DNA of 64,000 nt, taken from Chrysemys picta bellii (taxonomy: Eukaryota). Below the pieces are notes generated by a model. It saw nothing but the letters and a program-made list of their open reading frames with translations. It ran no database searches and had not been told where the DNA came from. A program made the translations under genes and the position numbers. The stretch covers positions 85,498,001 through 85,562,000 of the forward strand of contig NC_088800.1 of assembly GCF_011386835.1 (NCBI RefSeq), given 5' to 3'. Numbering within the stretch: the stretch's first letter is position 1; each line of letters opens with the position of its first letter. Shown piece after piece: positions 55,510-64,000 of this stretch.

Positions 55510-58500
55510 TCAAGTTTTTTTCTTTTTTTCTGAACTCGTAGGAGGTTTAAAGATTTCCTTTAAATTGACCCAAACTCCTTGAGAATAAACATTTCTGTAA
55601 ACAGTATGCCTGTCATGGGGCAGCAATGCCTGACAGCAAGAACATTCATAGCTTCTAGATTTATACCATTCATTGGATGTTTGGTTAGTCAGGGCCAGGT
55701 ACAGGGTGAAACAGCAATATGCCCCCAGCACCAGAGATAGGACAATAACAAAACCAAGCATGAAGACAATTCTAGGAAACGTCAGGAACAGGTGCTGCAA
55801 AGACAGATAAAATAGTAACTTATTTTAAAGTCATAGTGTATAAAGTCCCATTTTAAAACATTTTGATTTTGCTCTATTAACCACAGTATAACCAGCTCAG
55901 AGATGGTGAATCCCATATGAAGCCTTTAGTAATTAAAGATTTTCAGGAACATATTTCCTCACAGAATTTGTTCATGAAGGGACACTCAAGCTTCTGAATT
56001 TGCATACTGAACACAGGATTGTGTGGATGACCTACACCATAAAGATAAAAAATACCTGATACTTAATGGTGACATCAGATTCATTTTTAATTTATTGGAT
56101 TTTGGTGATTTATGGTTGCAGCTTTAGTGTTAGTTAAGACATATTTTGGATTAAAATCCCACATGGAGTGGTTGTGAAGATACTTCACAAACATGAATTA
56201 ATGTATCTGAATTCTAGGGTGATGGGTTCCATTACAGACAGAGAAATTAACTTGGGATTTGAGAGTTGGCTGAAAGAGCTGTTGGTGGCTCAGGGCATGG
56301 AAGACAGAGATGGATTGCTTCCTATCACTCAGCCATGCTTAAGCAGGCTCCAAAAATGAGTCTTCCTTTCTCAGCCAGAAGTATGGTGGCATCAATATAT
56401 AGTATTAACATCGCAGTAGTCGGTGGTGTCAAATGAAAAAACAAACAAACTCACATGAAAACTCACCTTTGTTTAAGTGTGAGCAACAATACTGGCCAGG
56501 ACACGTGTGTGTGTACGTACGTATGTACACCCAGCGATCTTAAACCAAGACCTCTCTGGGCCAATAGAAGTTAAACATCTCTTCCAAAGGACATCTCAAA
56601 CAGTAAACAAGGTTGTGAACTACTTTAAAAACATTAGTACAGTATATGGTAACTGATGTTTATAAGGCTATTTCTATAGAGATCAAAGATTTATATTGGA
56701 TATAATTGGTTTGGAGATGTAGAGACTGGAAACTGCCATTCTAAAATATTTTTAAGTTCCTTGGAATGATTGTGACTAATTAGAGCAGCAAAAGTGGGTT
56801 CACTACAAGAGGTTCACTATAATGGCTCGCTCCCCCCACAAAACAGAACAGCTGGACCTACTGCAAGATTCTTAGGAGATGAGACAAAAACAACCCCTTT
56901 GTTCAGGCTACAAGCCCAGAAATAGATTAAAACTCAGACATTACAGTGAGCTTACCTGAATAAGAAAGAGAATCTCAACTGCATGCTCTTGCCCCTGATC
57001 ATCAATGTAACTTCCAAGCATCATATTTGATAGCAGCACTACTTGGATTAGAAATGCTGTTGTTATGATTGCAAGGTTTGCAGCCATGGCAGTCAGAGTG
57101 AAGAGGTAAATGAGAAAATATCTTGTATTGAAGGCACCAATGCAGTTGTTGATCCAAACACAGTGGTGATCAAAACGATGTATGCAGTTGTTACATACAC
57201 CTGATCAAAAATTAAACACAAGACAACACAATTATTTGGGTTTTAAATGACCAATGAGTTCTTTTTTTTTAAACTGATCTTAGTTTATTTCCCCCCCAAT
57301 GGAAATACAGGAACATGACCAGCATTTGCCATTAAGATACGAGAATAGCCATGTGTGTGCCTGATCATATGTGATTAGTAAAAGCGTGCATAGGAGCATA
57401 CAGTGTGGTTTGTAGGAATATATCCAGACTTCTGATTCCTTCTTAAGGAATCTTTTATGGCCAGAAGACTTGTAGGAGAGGAGCCAAGGAACATTTGTCA
57501 AAGGCCTTTGTTACCATTAATAGTAAATGAAATGTTTCATCCTCTGTTTGTTACCACCGTGTGTGGCTTTTAAGAGTTAAGCAAATACGATGGTTGCAGA
57601 TTACAAATCAGCAAGAGAAACGTAATATTTAAAAATTAACAGGGATTAAAAAACAAAACAGTTCCTCTTTTACTCGCCAGCCAAGGCTGGAGCCCAGGGA
57701 CCTAGGTTTCTTCTGTTAGTGCTACCTAAAGCATCATTTGGAAGGTAGAGTGTACAGTTCCCGGCTTCATTTTAAGTGATAGGGATATCAAATACAGCAA
57801 GAGAAACATAGAATCCTGAGCTCGGGTCTTGGCAGGTAAAAGCTTTTAATTTCACCTTGAGATGCTCAACAGCTTTTCCATGTCAGGATCCAACTTGACT
57901 AGCCAGTTTTCCTTTGTATGAAGTAAAACTCCAAAGCTAGGCTAAAAGGCTGCTTTGCAATTTATTCCCTGAAACTAACCAAGATGTGGTCTCCAGGCTA
58001 ATATTCTCAGTAGAGTAGTTTAGAGGCAGCATAGATATGTTGCTGATAAACTTGGTTTGAGATCTCCCTGAAAATGAGCAATAATGCCAACAATTCTTTG
58101 CAATAATTAAACGGGATAACTAAGTTAAAGGCAGGTGAACTGTAAGTATCAGCAGCAAATGAATCTGGTATAAATTTGTTTTTTTAATATCCTTGACAAG
58201 CATAAGGATAAAGACTCTTACTGCAGTGTTTAGATCTGGCTGGCTTTTCCACGTTGCATGTAGGACACATGGTGCTTTTCTGAAACATTACTCCATCATA
58301 TGCATAAGCCTTAAGAAATGACTCCTGATTTGACTGTGTTATTATACCTATAAGAGAAACAACACCATAGCAGCAAACTTCTCAGTCAAGAACTGTTGAA
58401 TATTTAACACTGTGTGAGGCTGCTCATGCACTTTGAATTTGTCTGTGTGTTGCCAGAATCTCAAAGGGGACGACAGTCTTACGATGACTGTAGTGAGTGG

Positions 58501-60775
58501 AAATAATAGTACAGAAGCCCATTTTTGGTGTTACACCATCTTTCCAGAGAGAAATATATTCTCAGAATACTGAAGTTTCTAATCTGACTCAAACCCCCCA
58601 AAACAGAAAAATCAAAGCAAAGGTTATAAAATTTGCTCACCAATGAAATAATAGTGATGATGACATTAGAGCTCTGGAAAGCAGATGAATGCCCTACAAA
58701 TACATCATTGTCTGTTTTTTTATCTCCAAAGCCTGGTCAATAAATACATTCCTGGTTTTCAAAACTCTTCCAGGACTTTCTTCACTCTACCCGTCTGTGA
58801 CTTTGTATGCACCTCCTCCTGGCTCACTCAGTGACTGGCGGATGAGGAGGTGAGATGATTTGATGAAGGTTGCAAAGTAAATTAGTGAGTGACAGAGCCA
58901 TGAATAAAAACCCAGTCTTCTGTTGGGACTCCTTTGATTTAACCACAATATCTGCTTGTTATACAGAAATACACTGTGTGGTAAACATGAATATTCCTGG
59001 CTTTGGAGCGTGTTACTAAAATACACCAAAAGCAATTAGCCCACTTTCTTCCTTATTAAGAGCTAATTATGGCAAAGTGTTATTTAAAAAAAAAAAAAAA
59101 TGCCCAGCTGTTTTTTTCAGGGCAAGTGCAGAGAGTACATTTCAAACTGTTCATCACTTATTTCAGCACTTCTTATTTGGAGCGTTAAAGAAATGGGATT
59201 TGTTGGGGCCATTTCTGATCTACCATCCAATGAAACGAATTATCAATCAGGGATGAGACACAGAGCATTTCTGGGCAATTACACGATACCTTGGGTTGTG
59301 GGAGAAAGCACCAGGTCAAAAGCGAAATGACAATTGCCCAGGAAATGCAACAATTCAAAATAAATATGAACTTACCAGGGTTGGTCACAGAGCACAGAAT
59401 GAAAAACCCCATATTCACAGCCAGCAACAAATACGGCAGCAGAAGGTAATGAATGCTGAACTCCATCTCTTGGCAGTAGCCAAATACTTCCCAAGTGTAT
59501 TCACCATAAACTGCCACTTGTAAGGCTAAGTGCAGGACAATGAACAGGCAACTTCTGTAATGAAAGGTGAAGAGGACAGCTTAATTCACAATCAGTGCTC
59601 TAAATACAAGATAAGCGTCATTCAGAGGTCACAGTTCAGCAGCAAAGGCTCTCATGCTCAGGAATAGCTGCTACTGAGCTCATGGTCAAACTAATTTCTC
59701 TAACTGGGATTCCCTATTGATAGTACGCAGCCTAGCCAAAATTCCCTAAATTTACAATAACTCCCAATATTTTTATGTCTTTGAGGGGTTCTTTAAGTAA
59801 ATCTCATCAAAGTCTCATAATCAAAATGGACCCTCAGAGGCACAAAAGTGTGCCACAGGAACAAGCGGATTCTTAGACAACACTTTGGTGCTGACAGAGA
59901 GTCACCTTAATCCCATGAACTGCTTTGAAAGCATTGAATAAACAAAATATTAAAGTAAAATTGACCAATTTGGCAGCTGTAAGAGAAAGGACGCAGCACC
60001 ATGAACAAGAGAGCAGCATACTGGGAGGTTAATGATGGCAAACACTAATTCACACCTAAAAACATACTGCATATCACATTAGGTGGACCATTTAAACTGA
60101 GGTCAGTGTGCCATTTCCCCAGCATTTAGATGCTCAGATACATCTTGCTGAATCTGTGCCCCAAGTTTAGTGCACCCATGTAGGGGGGGAAATTACTGTG
60201 GATTAAGGGAAAGATGTGTCTATTAATTAAATTTCGCTGTTCCAAGAGTAATCTGGATGAACATCTGTATTACTCGTTTTATAGCTTTAGCAATATGTGG
60301 TTTACTACAGCCTGAATTCTCGTTACAGAAAAGCTCTATTCTATTGTTCTCATACCACCTTTACCACCATAGTTTCTGAGCACCTTCCAGTAATACATTA
60401 AGTGACGTGACTAACATCTGCCTATGTGGTTCATTCTTTCAAAACTATGGAGCTACGCTATGTAAAATTTGCTTAAATATTTTAGGACATCCATTCTCTC
60501 AACAGCAAGCAAGGAAGAGAGAGAACCACACAGCTAACTTGAAAGAGAATCTGTAGTCCCAGACAAACATCCTTGGCAAAGAGGGAAACACCTCTAAGAG
60601 CAATCTCTCACAGCTTTGTTGGTACCAATGGGAGGCTGCCATCAGTAATGATCAGAAACAGTTCAGGAAAAGGATGTCAAAGAAAAAAAGAAGTGTGCTA
60701 CCGTGTGTGGAAGAGCCTGTGAAGCACCCTCTGTGTTGCTCTTTGAAGCCGTGTTGGGATTACAGATGAAGATAC
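55510..60775 (-). CDS. ZDHHC4: Palmitoyltransferase ZDHHC4, 5'-partial (first coding exon not found in the window)
   Basis: Minus-strand exons 60775-60702, 59554-59376, 58347-58222, 57200-56956, 55794-55510 total 909 nt, in frame. DHHC cysteine-rich domain [37 protein letters not shown]; [14 protein letters not shown]; [16 protein letters not shown]-terminal EKKKKT* fits a KKxx ER-retrieval motif. Confidence 0.95.
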
Positions 60776-63164
60776 CTGGAGCAAATGAAGATACCAATCT
60801 GAATTACACATCACTTTTCCCTCTTTGTAGCAAAAAATTCAAACAAAAATAATATTTCTATAGCACCTCCCATCTGAGGATTTCAAAGGACATTAAAAAC
60901 ATCAGTTCACTAAAGTCTCCTAATTCCTCTGAGGTGGATACTGTTATATCCACTTTACAGGGGGTGGGGGTGGGGGGGGGGAAGAGAAGAGAGAACTGAT
61001 GCACAGAGAGCCAGTTTTTTAAAGGTATTTAGGCACCTAAAAAATGCTGATGGGGTGTTTAGAAGCACCTAACTAAGTTGTTTTTTCACCCCAGATCTTA
61101 CCAATTCTGGGAAATTTTAAAGATCAGCTGTTTGAGTTATTTGTGATTTAAAAAAAAAACAAAACTTAAGGTGTTTTGTTTTGTTTAAAAGGAAAGAGCA
61201 CCTTTAGGCTGAGAATATGCATGGAAAGTTTTAGCCCAAAAGAAGAACTTTGATGGAGTTGAGTGAGTGAAACCAAAGGGTTATAACGAAAGTCAAGAAG
61301 CGACCAGGAAAGTGATGCTGAGAATATCCAGTTTGATAGCTTCATGTTTTTCTAATGGTCAATTCAAAAACTGCCATAAACAAAGAAGGAAAAAAAACTG
61401 TCTGTTTTCATTCAGTGACATGATTAGCACACTCAATGCTGTGGAACTGTCTCTATCTGCCAGGGAGTAGATGATTTATCTCTATAGCAACACACCTCTC
61501 CACCAATGGTGCAAAAAGCGCAGCAGCAAAGCAGAATCGCTATATGGGTGGGGGGGTGGGGGGGGAGGAGGAGAAGAATTGCACTGAGGCTTTTTATCTT
61601 ACATGTGACAAGATCACAAGCCAGGCAGGTTTGGGAGGGATGTTACGTATTCCACTTCTAACAAGTCTGCCTCATACTACAAGATAGTTCATGGAAAAAT
61701 TTAAAAAAACAGGCGGCTATATGCTGCTGTTAGAGGGGCATTAGAAATCATTAGATATAAAAACAAACCTCTTATGCAACTTTCAGAATCTGACTTCAAA
61801 TTAACTGTATGAAAATGTGTTTACTATCCTCTAACTATCATTGCATCCAAGAGAGGACAGAAGGAAATACCCCATTTCCCCCCGATGTAAAAATTAAGGT
61901 GGCATAAGAAGCTTCTGTGTTTCAGAGGGCTTCCCCCCCCACCCCTGCACACCACTGAAGTAAACAGCATTCAAGTTAAACCAAAGCAAAAAGGCTATTA
62001 AAAATGTTGCCTTTCCCAGTTATGTTTATGGAAGCAAGATGATATGAATGTGGAAAGAACTGCATACAGAAGCCAACCATTTTGCACCAATGAAGACTGG
62101 CAGCATGAAAAAGAGAACAGTGGGATGGACGCTGACCTGCCAGAGAGCTAGAAACAGCTATGGTGTGTGTAAGTAAGTCATTTTATATTGTTCAAAATCC
62201 ACATCTTGAGGTGCTTAAAATAATACAGTCAGTCACACCTTCAACATACCGGTGGCTTTATGCATTTTGGCCTACAGTCAGAAACCAACTAATTTTTTTT
62301 AAAGATACGGTTTATACATAACCCACCCTTTAAAGTTACCCTGTAATTGTTTAACTTTGATATTTTCACATTTTATTTCTTTGGGAAAATGGGAGTACTT
62401 CTTTTACATCATAAATGGTATTTGTAATATCTAGTTTGTTGCATAAACAGCACAGAGATATATATTTTAAGTAATGAAGAAATACAATCAACAATTTGCC
62501 CAGCTCCCTTTACTCGCAAAGGGAAATACTAAAAGCCAAAAACTGTTCATAATCATGTAACTAATGTTAAGTGTCTAGTTACTTCACTGACTTTTCAGAT
62601 TTTTCATTCTCCTTTCCCTGCTTATAGTACAGTGCTATTTCTTTCCATTTAGACAGATTTGTTTAAGAAAGGAATATTTGTTTATTCTTGTCCTTATTTA
62701 TTTGCAACAAACTCATTTTTTAAAATCTCCTTTTAAAGAAAAATGCCTCATATAGCTAAAGTTCTTCATTCTCCTTAGTTGTTAGCATATTCTACCAAAT
62801 AACATTACTTACATAGTACCGAGTAGGATTTTTAAAATAATTTTTATTAAAATTGCAGTTGTGTATGACCCATTTGCTATATTCTCTCAATTAAAACAGC
62901 CCTACAATTATTTTTATGTGAACTACAAATATTGTAAATGTATGGCAACTCAGGTTTATTGTTTATTTATTTATTTATTTTTAAGGATGATTATTTTGCA
63001 GTGCTATTGAACAAGTGTAATTTTTATATTACAGAACAGCAAGTTCTGTTCTTACCCCATACAATGCAGCAACAACATTGGTTTCAACTACATTTTGTGG
63101 TGCGTTCAGAGCTGGAAACCTTTCATGTATCTACTGAGCAGGTTCAGCACAGTTTGCTGTAACA

Positions 63165-63420
63165 CAAGTCTCCCTGACAGTATGCCTCACCCTGAAGCAG
63201 AGGAACCCCCAAGACAAAGTAAGAGGGGGAATTCAGTCTCCATGGCTCACTCAGATTTTGGTGTGTCTGCTGAGACTGATTACATGCCATCTGTGAACTG
63301 GAGAGTGACCTCATTTCAGATAGGTCATTTAGACTTTTTGTCACCACCAGCTGGGCTACCAGCTTTGTGCATCACTGTATGCAGGATGACTGACAGATGA
63401 AAGACATTGTATCTCATTCC
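63165..63420 (-). mobile_element. LF-SINE-like relic in a ZDHHC4 intron
   Basis: The minus strand has CCTATCTGAAATGAG, CAGTCTCAGCAGA, GCCATGGAGACTGAATTCC and CAGGGTGAGGCA, matching the 18175 copy. Confidence 0.65.
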
Positions 63421-64000
63421 TGATCCCGGCTTACATCTAATTAGAGGGGTATTCATATGGCATCATGGAAATGTCCATTGTAGGTCTCAAAACCATTAAA
63501 TTGCTACCAAAATTCCTTGAAAAATCAACATACCAAGGAATACAGAAGTGGTTATATGGAACAGACTATCCCAGTACCTCACTCTCTTCATGCAGAAGAC
63601 AACTGGAGGATCCACTAGCAGCCGATTTTCCCTTGTTCTTCCCCCACATCTCCAGCCTCTTTCTGCCCCTACCCCCAACACTCTGCCACCTATCAGTGGG
63701 CCTCCTTACATCATCGTTGCTCAAGAAAACCACACCAGTTCTGCTAAGAGCAGACCCACAACCAGTAGAGGATAGGCCAGGATTGCCCCCCAAACAAATA
63801 AGGAGCAGGCTCTTCTCTGTTTTCAGAGCATTATGTGATATACATAAGTGTAAGAAACACGCTTAAATCCAAACAAATTATGACCCTTTTCAGAAATTTA
63901 AGTGTGCTGCATAACACAGCCAGCCAGTTATAGAGAGACAAAGCTGAAAACCGAAGGGTCAGTTTGTGCTGGCTGCACTCATACTCAAAACTGGGGAGGC

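Noticed and set aside
63190-63243. ATG-initiated METEFPLLLCLGG segment with a GTGAGG donor as ZDHHC4 exon 1
   Set aside because: It lies in an LF-SINE-like repeat also present at 18415, does not resemble the ZDHHC4 N-terminus, and its phase does not fit the next exon.

Overview
Vertebrate genomic DNA, most likely a turtle (inferred from tRNA-Lys-headed tortoise PolIII/SINE copies with CR1-type tails, Penelope relics and abundant hAT/Harbinger MITEs). By hand-splicing exons I reconstructed five multi-exon genes with consistent reading frames: MLST8 (+, 8 coding exons, 326 aa), BRICD5 (-, 6 exons, 227 aa, mostly missed by the ORF track), PGP (-, 2 exons, 313 aa), E4F1 (+, 14 exons, 790 aa) and ZDHHC4 (-, 5 exons; first coding exon not found in the window). 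PGP and E4F1 share a CpG-island bidirectional promoter. Non-coding structures worth a second look: a U12-type intron in MLST8; a palindromic Penelope relic with two degenerate minimal hammerhead-ribozyme motifs in the last MLST8 intron; a 251-nt foldback MITE 33 nt after the E4F1 stop codon; four LF-SINE-like relics (one in the MLST8 3' UTR); an AmnSINE1-like copy split by a solo LTR; a 71-bp minisatellite in the PGP intron; and a possible MLST8/BRICD5 3'-UTR overlap. I found no evidence for a new multi-gene system. Repeat-family names come from recalled consensus sequences and need a Dfam/RepeatMasker check.
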